NCBI RefSeq assembly: GCF_001447785.1
Contig: NW_015172125.1
Span: forward strand, 26,889-90,888
Length of the DNA stretch: 64,000 bases
Direction of reading: 5' to 3'
Source: Gekko japonicus
Taxonomy: Eukaryota
The notes below the pieces were generated by a model, which saw only the letters and a program-made list of their open reading frames with translations, had not been told where the DNA came from and ran no database searches. Below are positions 1 to 11,121 of this stretch, piece after piece (position 1 is the first letter of the stretch; each line of letters opens with the position of its first letter). Position numbers and translations under genes: made by a program.

Positions 1-112
1 GTTCACGCGGATTCCCTTCTCCACCGCGGGCGGGCGAGGCGCCCTCGGGAGCAACCCGAGGATGCGTCCGCCATTCGCGGGAGCCAGACCGGAAGCCCTA
101 AAAAAAAAAAAA

Positions 113-386
113 CATGGAAAAAGTTTTATGATTGGTATAATGTAAATATAATAGAAGATTAGGCAATTATAGCACAAAGGACGAGAACACAGAAGACAGA
201 AGAATGGAAAGTGTTTGATAGAGCGTTTTTATTAATTAAGTAATTGGATATAAGCATATAATGTAACTGTACTCTTGGTATATATGTTATGTGTAGTAGA
301 GTGTCTGTTTGTAGTGTTTGTTGTAGATTATAAAAGAAAAATTAATAAAAGTGTACCTTTGGGTACTTATATATATTAAAAAAAAG
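113..386 (+). mobile_element. 5'-truncated L1-type LINE 3' end
   Basis: ORF end TWKKFYDWYNVNIIED*, AT/GT-rich 3' UTR, AATAAA and A-tail; flanked by near-duplicate AAAAAA(G)CATGGAAAAA. Confidence 0.55.
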
Positions 387-639
387 CATGGAAAAATTGG
401 GGCCATTTCTACCAGTTTGCCCCAAATAACAGCCTGTGTCTAGGGCATTTCAGTTTGCAGGTAGCTTTGCAAAGTCCTTTGCTTTAGCACCTAGAGCTTA
501 CCAGAATATTCTCAGTTAACCTTTTGAGATGTCTGTACCCCACAGGAAATACAAAGAGGATTGTCACTATGTGAAAACATTACAGTAGCAGTAAAAGATG
601 TGAACTGTAATATGGTAAGAGAGACAGGCTAGGAGGAAG

Positions 640-955
640 GATTCCAGAAGGTGAGCCATTTTAGTCTTTTACAGCAAAAATAAAGGTCTTGTGGCACCTT
701 AAAAACTAACAACATTTTATTCCAGCATAAACTTTTGTGGATGCAGTAAATGGAACCTCACTGTGCAGTTGTTTTATGTAGGAGGTATGAAAGCAAAACA
801 AATAACTGGATCGAGGTTTGTTTGTTTGTATTTTCTTGCATAAAATGTCTGCACAGTGAGAATCCATTCATTGCACCTCAAAAAACGGGCTGTAGTCCAT
901 AAAAATTTGTTCTGAAATAAAGTATTGTTAACTTTGAAGGTGCCATAAGACTTCT
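640..955. mobile_element. Penelope-like terminal sequence as an inverted pair
   Basis: gtcttgtggcaccttaaaaactaac...ttattccagcataa mirrored by tgaaataaagtattgttaactttgaaggtgccataagac; inner ctcactgtgcag/ctgcacagtgag arms. Confidence 0.6.
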
Positions 956-1754
956 GTTTATGTTAGGAGACAGGATATATCACTACAAATAGGAAATATT
1001 GTAATACAGGCAGGTGATGGCTGCAATATTCTATCCTAAAGGAAAACAGTGTGCTGATTTAGAGCTAGCGTTAAGGGTCCCTACGTGATGGCAAATCCCT
1101 GCCCATCTGTGAACTGCCCAATCTGTAAGAAAGCTTGGACATGAATCCTGACAGCCCTTTCATTGCAAGGGATTGTATGTGTGATGATAACTGGAACTGT
1201 AAGACAAACAGCCAGGTTCTAATCATGAACTCAACCAACCCATCAGTTGGATAGGCTGAATCAGAGGAGATGGCCTTCTAATAAAATGGTTTTCTTAATT
1301 TCTTCCCAAAGAACACTTGAGGAACATTCAAAAGCCCAATACAGAGCCAATTGGAAACAAACAGTTAAACAGGAGACGGATCCTAGCCTGCCGTTTTTAA
1401 GGCTTGGTGTTCTTTCAGACTGGAGTGGAAAATGAAGCAAAGGGGGGATTGACACAGAGCAAACAAGTCCAAACCAACAGTGGAAGCAGCACAGACTGGG
1501 CATTTGTGCCTCTCCATTGTGGAAAAATACTTGGTTGTTTAGAGCCATCCTTCCTAGTATTCCTGTATAATTCAAACAGCTTCTCTGCTCACAAATAAGA
1601 TGACTTTGGGTAATTTTAACACACCAACCAACACTCTGCTACACAACTGCAGTCTTCTTGGTGCTTCGTTTTTGCCTTCACAAATTTAATCCACCCTTAA
1701 AGCCTCTTTCCCCGAAGCATTTAACCCAGAATAACAGGATTGATGTAGTTACGG

Positions 1755-2138
1755 CAGCGGTCCCTAATGTTTTTTTAGTCCTCTGGGCACTTTTGGAATT
1801 TTGAGGATGGGAATGGGCACCACCACAAAATGGCTGCTACGGAAGCACTCACAAAATGGCTGCCATGGGGTGCTGGGGCCAATCACAAGATGTTTGGAAT
1901 CTGCAAGCCAAGCATTCTCCTGTGATGGAGAATGTTTCTGAATGGGTGGTATCTGCAAACACAAGGATGATGCTGCCTTAGTTCTTCTGAAGCACTTCTT
2001 GCTCCATAGAGGTGGGGAAAATCTGGACTGACTCTTTGCTTTGGGAAAGAGAAGCCTTTGCTGAAGAAGCAAATGGGTGCCAGGAAACCCACTGGTGGGG
2101 ACCATAGTTCCCACAAGTGCCACAGCTGGGGATCACTG
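1755..2138. mobile_element. Non-autonomous hAT-type DNA transposon
   Basis: CAGCGGTCCC...GGGGATCACTG termini; internal cacaaaatggctgc repeats; related to 34169-34993. Confidence 0.5.
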
Positions 2139-2381
2139 TGCTAGGGTAAGCAGCGGTGTTTTAAATACATAGTATGCCAAGATCCCCCAAGGTTAAAATG
2201 CAGCTTGGAAACTACTCTGGAACTGTGGGATGAGCATGTGTGTGATGAGTGTGTCATCTAGTTAATGGGGGGAGATAAATTGAGGAGCAACTCTTAGTCT
2301 CTCCTTCCTTTCTCCCTGTTAGGACATGTATTCATAAAACAGGAAAGGCCCTAAAAGATATACTGGATTATTACATCCACC

Positions 2382-3302
2382 ATGATCCTGAAAAGAGCAA
2401 CCTGGATTTCCATCATCTTCTGCCTTGGAGCCTCACAGCACTTGAAAGGACATAGCTTGGACCAGGCAACTGCTGGTCCCATTTTCCAAAATGAGCCATT
2501 TGTTGTGGTATGGAACTTGCCTACAGCAAGATGTGAAGAACATTTTGGGATTGCGCTACCTCTTGGAGATTATGGTATTGTTGAGAACAAAGGCAATGCA
2601 TTTTATGGCCAGAACATGACTATCTTTTACAAAAATAAGTTTGGACTCTATCCCTACATCTCATCTGAGGGTGAATGGCATAATGGTGGAATACCTCAGA
2701 AAGCAGATCTGAAGGAACACCTAGAGAGGTTCTCAAAAGAAATTGCAGAACTTTTGTACCCTGATTTCCAAGGCCTGGCTGTGGTTGACTGGGAGGAGTG
2801 GCGGCCTCTCTGGAGACGGAACTGGGGGCCCAAGATCATATACAGGGAGGCCTCTGAACAGTGGGTGCAGGAAAGATTCCCAGATCTGCCTGCTAAGGAA
2901 CGATCCTACTTGGCAGAGGAAGAGTTTGAACAGGCTGCTAAAGTGTTCATGGATAGAATGCTGGCTGTGGGGAAGGAGCTGAGGCCACAGGGACTCTGGG
3001 GCTTCTACCGATTCCCCGATTGCTTCAATGACAACTGGGAGAAAGAAAAGAACTACTCTGGCCATTGTCACCCCAAGGAGGTTCAGTGGAACGATCGACT
3101 CCAGTGGCTTTGGGAAGTTTCCTCAGCCCTCTTTCCCAGCATCTATCTCCCCCCAAAGCTCCCATTATCTAAACACCAGCGCTATGTTCACTACCGCCTA
3201 AGAGAGGCATTCCGTGTGGCAAAGTCCGGCTTGAAGCCACCCATACCTGTGATTGCGTATTCCAGGGTCTCCTACAGACACTCCCCAAGGTACCTTGCTG
3301 AG
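2382..3302 (+). CDS. HYAL3: HYAL3 coding exon 1 (307 codons, TIM-barrel catalytic domain)
   Basis: CCACCATG Kozak at 2382; acceptor ctccctgttag|2323 upstream implies a further 5' UTR exon; donor GAG|gtaaga. Confidence 0.93.
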
Positions 3303-6300
3303 GTAAGAACTGAGAGACGCTGAGAGTGCATGCAGCAAGTAGAGATTCTTCCATGTAGGTGAATGCAAGCTAACACTGTTATCTGGATGGAAGCTTGCTT
3401 CTTTGGTAAGCTTACCTTCCACTGGTAGATGATTTGTGTGTTATATTGTTATCCTGCCCTTTCTCAAAAGTAGTAGTTTAGGCTGACATACAGCCCCCCC
3501 CCCCAGTTTATCCTCTCAGATGGTTAGGCTAAAGAAAAGCAATGGTTAAAAGGTATCAGATCCAACACTTTGTTCACTTCATTGCATTTGGTAGTGTACT
3601 GTGATAAAAATATTGCATAGAAACAAGGAACGACACCATTATGTGAATCTGTGCACAAAAGGTCTAGGTTTCTGCTCTAACAAGCCAATTCTACATGTGC
3701 AGCACAAACTTAAACAGAATTACAGCCTTCTAAGTCTGTTGAAGTCAATGAGCTTTGAAGGGTGTTACTCTGCTTAGGATGGCACTGTGATTTCTCAGAA
3801 ATGACCCACTGAGTCAAATGGAATTTAGGGCCAAACCTAGGGTTGCCAAGTTGATCTTCGCCGGGAGCGGGGGGCTCCCGGCTGGTGTCTGGTGCGCGTG
3901 TGTGCAAAGCGCACAGCACACACACATCACCCGGAAGTGACAGGAGGACACCAGGCACACTGGGGGCGGGGCACGGCCATACAAGGGAAAACCATAGAGT
4001 TTTACCTTGGATGGCCGTGGCCCCACCCCCAGTGTGTCCAGCGTGGTCGCGTCACTTCCGGGTGATGCGCATGTTGGGGTGGAGTTCCCCCCGGGGCCCG
4101 ATCTGGCACCACTGGGGAACGGGCCTCTGGGGCGGGGGTTTCCCCGCCCCCCAGGGGGACTTGGGATCCCTAGCCAAACCACATGTTGTGTTTCACACAA
4201 CCTCCCAATGGTGACTTGGCAGTAGGGTTGCCAAATCTGGTTTGGAAAATACCTGGAGACTTTGGGGGTGGAGCCGGGAGAGGGCGGGGTTTGGGGAGGG
4301 GAGGGGCCTCAGCCTGGTCCAGTGCCCTAGAGTCGCCCCTTCAAAGCATCCATTTTCTCCAGGGGAGCTGATCTCTGTCAGCTGGAGACCAGTTGTGAAA
4401 GCGGGAGATCGCCAGGCCCCACCTGGAGGCTGGCAACCCTACTTGGCAGCCATATTGCAACTGTGAGTCCCTGGTGGCAGCTCCATTATCTGGGGCTGGC
4501 AAAGTCCTCTGTGCACTTACCTGCAGCTCCTGGGGCAGGCCAAGAGGCCACAGCAACATCAAGGGCAGAGGAGCCACCCCCACTATCAGTGCCAGGACTA
4601 GGGATGTCAGCCTCCCAGTGGGACCTGGGGATCTCCTGGAATTACAGCTCATCTCCAGACTACAGTCCCCTTGGAGAAAATGGATTCTCCGGAGAGTGGA
4701 CTCTATGGCAGTGAACACCACTGAGGTCCCTGTCCTCCACAGGCTCCATCCCCAAATCTCCAGGATTTTGCCAGTCTGGATGTGGCGACCCTACCCCCTA
4801 TCCCCTGCTGGTGGCCAGCGGGGACCTGGCAACCCAAGCCAGGACCAAGCCAGGCAGCAACATTGGTGGAGCAGGAAAAAGTCTTCCCCACGTGCATATG
4901 GCCTGGCAGAACAGGACTGGAGGGCCGCAGCAGCAGTTAAAGTAGCCAGGGAAGGCAAGAATCACCTGCCAAGAGCAGCCTGGGGGGAGCAGAGAGGAGG
5001 CCTCACCATTGCCAGCACACCCAAGGACAGCGGGACAAATGAAGCAGCCATCCACAGACCAAGGGGGCTGGAAGTGGCCAGGGGAAAGAGCCCCTGGAGG
5101 GGGCTGGAAACAGGCTGAGGAAGGGGATGGTGACTTCTGGGCAGCAGTGGCAGCCAGCAGGAGGTTGTTTTGAAGCCTTAGGCCAGGCAGAGCCAATAAA
5201 GGAGGGATGCGCCAAGGGAGGCCCATTGGCTGAGAAACTGGGAATGAGCCAGGCCCCACCCCTAATTGGAGGGCACTGGCAGAGCCCCTAGGCGATCACA
5301 TCTCCAGGCAGACCTTTATTAGGCACTACCTCAAGGCCGTTGAGGAGGACAGGCCTGGCCAAATCTAAGAAATCAGAGGGTGGACTGAGGGCTGGGGAGA
5401 GAGCTGGCTGAGGGTGTTGTAAGCCCCCTCCTCCCCTTTGCTGAGAGATGTGTGGGGTGTGCTAAAGAAGGGAGGATGCTGGAGGATGTGCCCATTCTGG
5501 ACTATGAACTGCAGGAGGTGAAGACTTACATCCATGTAAAAGTGCTACAGGGGACCCAATTTGGATTGATGCCTGCCCCCCCCCCCCGTGCTGTTTTCTG
5601 GTCTGGAGCTGAAATGGCCCATGGGCTGTGGGGGCAATTTTTGCCCTGTCAGGAGGCTACACATGTAAGGATTGAGGGCATGTGAGTCCCCAACAGGGCA
5701 AATAATGTCTTGAAAACAGTGTGTGTGTAGGGGGGAGCAGGAGCCCCTCTTCCCCCTCTGCTGAAGTCTTGGTGCAAATCAGGCCCATATGATTGCCAGC
5801 TCTGGGTTGGGGAATTCTTGGAGATACCTCTTGGAGGTAACTCAGTGGGGTATAATCCCATAGAGTCCACCCTCCAAAGCAGCCATTTTTTTCTCCAGGA
5901 GAATTGATCTCTGGAGTCTGGAGATCAGTTATAATTCTGGGAGATCTCCAGGTCCCACCTGGAGCTTGGCAAACCTACTCCCCTGGTACTTTCAAATGAA
6001 GTTGCCACCAGGGACTCATAGCTGCAATATGGCTGCCACTCCCCATTAGGAACTCATGTAAAATCATGTCACATTGAGTTTGGCCCTTAGTCTTCCCCAT
6101 AGTGTTCCTATGGTCATAGGCCTAAAATCCTCTAAATCCCTCAGCCCCTAAATCCTACTTCTGCTGTCAGAATGAAATATTCGTTTAGGTAAATTGGTAT
6201 AATTGTATTTTCCCAATTCCCAGTTCAAAATCATGAAAGATATTTTTTAAAAAAATTGTTCAGATGATTTTAAAGCATTAGATGGAAGAAGGGTAAAGAA

Positions 6301-8742
6301 CTGGTCTGGTAGCCATGGCAAAGAAAGGAAAGGGAATTAGACATAACTCCCCCCCCCCTGTTGAACCCCCCCCAGTTCAAGACTTTATCACACACTGATG
6401 GTGTTTCTATACCCTTTGTTTCCAGCCAATGAAGACTAAAAATGTGTTTTCTGATTTAAAAGGAAAGCTGATATTCTTAGGACCAAATTAAACCTGGCAC
6501 TGGGAGATCTATGACTGGATCTTCCCGGCATTAAAAAAACAAAATAACGGCTGCAGAGGAACCCAGTTCAGACTGGTATTGCAGTGTATGGAGAAGAAGA
6601 GGTTTAAACTTTCCTCCCTGTGCCATTGTGCTGACTGAAACTGCCTCCCCCATGCTGTTATTAACCCTGGAAATGAAAAAAAAGGCAAAATAGAATCTGC
6701 TGGCATTCTGCATATATCATTAAGAGTCCGTGGTAGATAATAGTATTCTGTGATTTTGGTTGTGCAAATGTCCAGACCAAGCACATGCAGTCTAAAGGTA
6801 AAGTGTGCTGTCAAACTGGAACTGACTCACGGGGACCCCATGAAATCCCCCCTCATGTGTTTTACAAGGCAACAGATGAGCAGAGGTGGTTTACCATTGC
6901 CTTCCTCTGCATAAAGCCCCCTCCCTCCCTCAGTGGTCTCCCATCCATGTACCAATCCTGCTTGACTTCCAAAGTCTGACAGCATCAAGATAGTCTAGGC
7001 TATTAGGGCTGTTTCATGCTACATGCTTTTTTTTTTTTTGGCCCCCAAGTCACAGCTGACTTATGGGGACACCTAGTGGGGTTTTCAAATCAAGAAACAT
7101 TCAGAGGTGCTTTGCCATTGCCTGCCTCTGCGTGACAAGCCTGGTATTCCTTGGTGGGCTCCCATCCAACTATTAACCAGGGCCGACCCTGCTTAGCTTC
7201 TGAGATCTGATGAGATCAGGCTAGCCTTGGCTATTGAGGTCAGGGCACATGCAATCTGGAGGACCACCATCACAAAGAGTTCCCATAGCTGGCTATGGAA
7301 AGACGATGATGGATCTTTGCTTTTCCATAGCTGGCCAAGGGAATACTCCATATTCGTCATATTAATTTTCTACTCTATATGGTACAGAAGTGCTATCCTC
7401 CTTAATCCACCCCAGGTCCATTTACACACTGTATGAATGTAGGGTTGCCAACCCCCCCCGGTTTGCCAGGGGGCTCTGAGTGCCACCTCTGGCAACCGTG
7501 TAGGTTCGCCACCACTGGTCTAGGCTATTAGGGCTGTTTCATACTACATGCTGTCTTTTTTTTTTTGGCCAGCGGGAAGCCCCACCCCCAACACCCACAG
7601 CCACCCATCTCTCTCCCTTTAAGTGTGTGCAACCCGTGTTTCATCCCAAGCACGAACTCCCGCAAGCTGCAGGGAAATGCCAGCTTCGTTCTTAAAAGGG
7701 AAACGCAGCTGCTCTTAAAGGGGAAATGCTGGCTGCCGGCTACTTTAAATGCAGAGAACTGCCGTTTCTGGAGATCCGGCGTGGGGGTGGGGGCGGCAGA
7801 CGTCCCCAACGTGACGTCATCACGTTGGGGATGCCCCACCCCCTCCAGGAACGCCCCCAAAGTCCCCCGCTGGGGGTGGAAGATGAACTTGGCAACCCTA
7901 TATGAATGTGAGAGAGAGAATAACTCATTTAACTAATTAGTGGGGATCATCAGAGCGTTGACAGCTAGCGAGTCCTGCGTCAGAGCAGCTGGAGAAGGCC
8001 AGTCCAGCAGGGTAGTGATAAAGAAGAAACATTCGGACAAGTCTGGCAGATTTTTGAAGCATTACAAAGCCCTGCAAAACATGCTCTGTCAGAGGACGTG
8101 GTGAGGTAGCAGAATGGAATGTGCAACAATGGCTGTATCACGGTCATAAAAAATGTATTGCCTGTAACCAAGCAGGAAGTCAGGCTAATGCACTGTTAAT
8201 ATTGCCCAAGCAGTAACAACATGTGTTTTGAATGCATATAGTGTGTCCCAATCCTGAAGATGTTTCTTTTCTCACTCAGACTGACCTGGTATACACCATT
8301 GGAGAGAGTGCAGCACTTGGAGCTGCTGGGGTTGCACTCTGGGGTGACCTCTCCTATTCCCATTCACCTGTGAGTATCCCTAAGAGGTTTCTTATGTTCC
8401 CTAAGACACAAACTCAGGCAGAAAACAGGTCCACCTTTTGTCACAACATGAGTGGTCCCGGTTGCTGTTTGGAAGCATATTCTCCCCCACCGCCCCACAT
8501 TTTAGTTTGATGGCAGAATACTCTACTGCCCCAAAATGTTCTTCGCTTTAGCAGAAGGGGAGGGGTGCTTTTGGAATAAGGTCCACACAAGGCTTGTTCC
8601 TTTAGAAAAGAAATGGATGTTGCTGATTGTTAAAGAAATACCATGCTGTGAAAGGAAAGGCATTACAGGCATTCTAGCTATCTGTCTAAGCCAGGATGGA
8701 GAGGGATTCAGAGAGCACACATTGCTGTCATGGAGATCAGAC

Positions 8743-8796
<54 letters not shown>

Positions 8797-11121
8797 CACA
8801 AAAACAGGAAGAGAAGCAGCTGGAAGGAAGTCCTTTAGACTAGGATTTGGGGTTAATAAAGATACAGCAGTAAACAGACAAGAGAAAGGATGCAAAGGAA
8901 TTGACCTGTCCACCATATTACCTCTACTGCCCCCTCTTGAGTACTTATGTGCTTGGTTGCAGACATGTTGCACAGTCTTTCACTTCCAGCACTTAGTCCC
9001 TAAATAACATGTGAGTTTGCTGGCCCTGTGGGTTGCTTCTGTATAATGGCTATTGCTAGAACCACTCATTGGCTTAGTCCACATGGCAAGGATTCTTGAT
9101 TTTGCATTCACTGCTGCTGTGAATGCAGAGGCATTCACATTGGCAACAGACCTTTCACACAGGAGTTTTGTGTGCACTTCCTCTATCAGCCACCATTTCC
9201 CCTGCATATCTCCCCAACTGTACCACCAGAGGGCATGGTATAGCTTTATGGCACCTTGGCAATTAATCTTTGTTTTTTAAGCCCACAAAAAGTTTTTTTG
9301 GTGCAGTGGTAAAGAAAATAGCTGCCACAGGGAGCTGATGGAAGGAAAATGGCAGCAATGCAGGTAAAACCCTTGAAAATGGGCCCTTTCCTATTGTAGG
9401 GTGGGCCCCGGCCTCCTACCCGTGAGCTTGGGTGCTCACTGCCACTCAGTATAGTAGGGCGGGAAAATATGTTTGAGGAATACGCTTTACTATAGAGTAC
9501 AGGTGGAATCCTAGAGTGTCACACCAATGTGCTGATGTCATTTTTTGGTTCACACTGGAAGGCCGTAATGCCTATTTTGTGTGACCCTGCTCCCTATAGC
9601 TCCTGCCGGTTGCCAGTGCTCAGCTAGCAGTGTTATCCCATCAAGACAATACAACAATGTGCTTGGAGTGAACTTTCCCCCCAAAGGTTGTAGCAAACCA
9701 GGTTTGGGCAATAATGTCCTAGGGGAAGGGAAAGGACAACTGGAGCATGGTTAGAGTGTGGCGTTGTGTTGATGCTCCAAAAAACAAAACAAAAAAGTAG
9801 TTTAGACCAGGCCTGTAGGTAGGGGCGGGAGGGGCGATGCCCCCTCCCAAATCTGCTACTCCGTCGACCCCACCCCGACCCCCCAATCTTCCCTGGAACT
9901 CAGGGGGCAGGGTATTGGCAGTGGGAGGCAGTGGCGTAAGTGGCAGCTGGGCGGGACCCAGGGCGGCCTGCCTGGCCATAGCACCCGCAGAAGTTGTCCA
10001 GTCTGGGCTGCCCGGCTGGCATGCAGAGGCTGGCCTGCGAAACTTCTGGCTGTTTTTTGCCGACAACTGAGCCACTCTGTAGCTTCTGTGGGGAGGAGGC
10101 GACGCCGGGCGAGTCAAGGGCCCTTTCCCCTTCTGCCTCCCTGCCTCCCTCCCTCCCATGGCAGCGTCAGGCATCCATTCTGCAGATGGCCAGCCAGAGA
10201 ACTCCTGAGAGCCGGGGGTTTCCTGCCTCTCCCCAGTTCCCTGATATTCCAGCTCCTACTGTGGGGCTGACAGAAGAGGATGGGTCGCTAACCTGATATC
10301 CCTTACCAGGATGGGCATTGAGGGCAGAGGGCTGCCTTGTGTTCTCAGGAATCTGTGAAACCCACTGGGGGTGCAAGGCCTGGGGTGCTTGCACACACAC
10401 ACAAACACACACACACCCAAACTCCCCAACGAGGAGCTTGAAGCCAAGTGCTCTTGACAGCGGCTGGGCTGGTGGACTGCGCATCCTCTGGCAGTCATCT
10501 CTGCCTCCCAACCCCCCAAATGCCCCCCCAGCACCCCCCCCAGCCCCCCCCCCCCCAGAAAAACCTTCTAGCTATGGGCCTGGTTTAGATGCTGAAGTAG
10601 AGAAAAACCTCCATGTGGAAGCAGCCATTCCCAGTCAGTTGGACCAGCCACTAGAATATTCCAACCTGTAATTCTGGCTTTCTGTCCTCTAGGAGAGCTG
10701 CAGGAGCCTTCACCGTTACATTGTGACCACGCTGGGGCCATATGTAGTCAATGTGACCACAGCTGCCCGCACATGCAGCCATCAGCTGTGCCATGGGAAC
10801 GGACGTTGTGTGAGGCAGAACCCGGATGACCTGGGAGCTTTCCCTCACCTCAGTCCACAGCAGTGGGAAAGGGAACCCACTGTGACAGACTTTGTGGACC
10901 ACGAAGTTTCAGCATGGGAGCGCTTCCAGTGCCACTGCTACCCTGAATGGACTGGTACTTGGTGTGAGAGGCCACAGTGGACAGAGCCCGTCCAAGGAGT
11001 CGAGTTCAATCTAGCCCCACAATATCATTATTTCTATGATACAGCTCATGACAACAGTGTTGTTGGGAAGTCAAACATCTGTCCTCCCTCCATTTATGAT
11101 GAAAAGGCAGAGCTCAGATAA
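2382..11121 (+). CDS. HYAL3: Hyaluronidase-3 (GH56), spliced CDS join(2382..3302,8280..8369,10693..11121), 479 aa
   Basis: Signal peptide; [25 protein letters not shown], catalytic [41 protein letters not shown], and HyalEGF cysteines ([12 protein letters not shown]...[12 protein letters not shown]). These motifs match remembered HYAL3 best; both introns are phase 0 GT-AG; synteny with LSMEM2/IFRD2. Confidence 0.9.
3838..4172. mobile_element. hAT MITE (TAGGGTTGCCA TIR)
   Basis: Perfect 8-bp TSD GCCAAACC at 3830-3837 and 4173-4180; CpG-rich, so probably young. Confidence 0.85.
4223..4441. mobile_element. hAT MITE (TAGGGTTGCCA TIR)
   Basis: Perfect 8-bp TSD CTTGGCAG. Confidence 0.85.
4599..4837. 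mobile_element. hAT MITE
   Basis: Perfect 8-bp TSD GCCAGGAC at 4591-4598 and 4838-4845. Confidence 0.8.
5788..5977. mobile_element. hAT MITE, older copy of the 4223 family
   Basis: Shared core caaagcagccatttt...ggagatctccagg; no clean TSD. Confidence 0.65.
7041..7246 (-). mobile_element. 5S rRNA-derived SINE with RTE/BovB-like tail (further copies ~6803-7003, ~38240-38430, ~60180-60360)
   Basis: Reverse complement contains GATCTCATCAGATCTCAGAAGCTAAGCAGGGTCGGCCCTGGTTAATAGTTGGATGGGAG, which is the 5S internal control region. Confidence 0.75.
7440..7900. mobile_element. hAT MITE (TAGGGTTGCCA TIR)
   Basis: Perfect 8-bp TSD TATGAATG. Confidence 0.85.
8280..8369 (+). CDS. HYAL3: HYAL3 coding exon 2 (90 nt, [30 protein letters not shown])
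   Basis: ttctcactcag| ... CCT|gtgagt; a 90-nt middle exon is typical of vertebrate HYAL genes. Confidence 0.92.
8746..8792. repeat. (AG)n microsatellite
   Basis: Seen directly. Confidence 0.95.
9808..10582. mobile_element. Non-autonomous hAT element
   Basis: CAGGCCTGTAG...CTATGGGCCTG TIRs; TSD GTTTAGAC/GTTTAGAT. Confidence 0.7.
10693..11121 (+). CDS. HYAL3: HYAL3 coding exon 3 (HyalEGF domain plus C-terminal tail)
   Basis: tctgtcctctag|GAG AGC TGC ([22 protein letters not shown]...); stop TAA at 11119-11121. Confidence 0.92.
   Translation, partial: ESCRSLHRYIVTTLGPYVVNVTTAARTCSHQLCHGNGRCVRQNPDDLGAFPHLSPQQWEREPTVTDFVDHEVSAWERFQCHCYPEWTGTWCERPQWTEPVQGVEFNLAPQYHYFYDTAHDNSVVGKSNICPPSIYDEKAELR

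Larger units (their letters stand above)
3828..6086. mobile_element. Non-autonomous PIF/Harbinger-like element hosting nested MITEs
   Basis: TTA|GGGCCAAAC ... GTTTGGCCC|TTA; ~95-bp imperfect TIRs appear once the nested inserts are removed. Confidence 0.7.

Noticed and set aside
1-2322. NAA80 (nested in the HYAL3 5' intron in mammals)
   Set aside because: No GNAT-like ORF is visible; it probably lies left of the window.
4474-5118. 214-aa + strand ORF
   Set aside because: Runs across nested MITEs in a HYAL3 intron; no recognisable domain.
7130-7240. 5S rRNA gene
   Set aside because: Diverged, lacks true 5S ends, and is joined to a retroposon tail, so it is a SINE.
11104-11118. KDEL-like ER retention signal (KAEL) in HYAL3
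   Set aside because: Followed by Arg, so it is not C-terminal.
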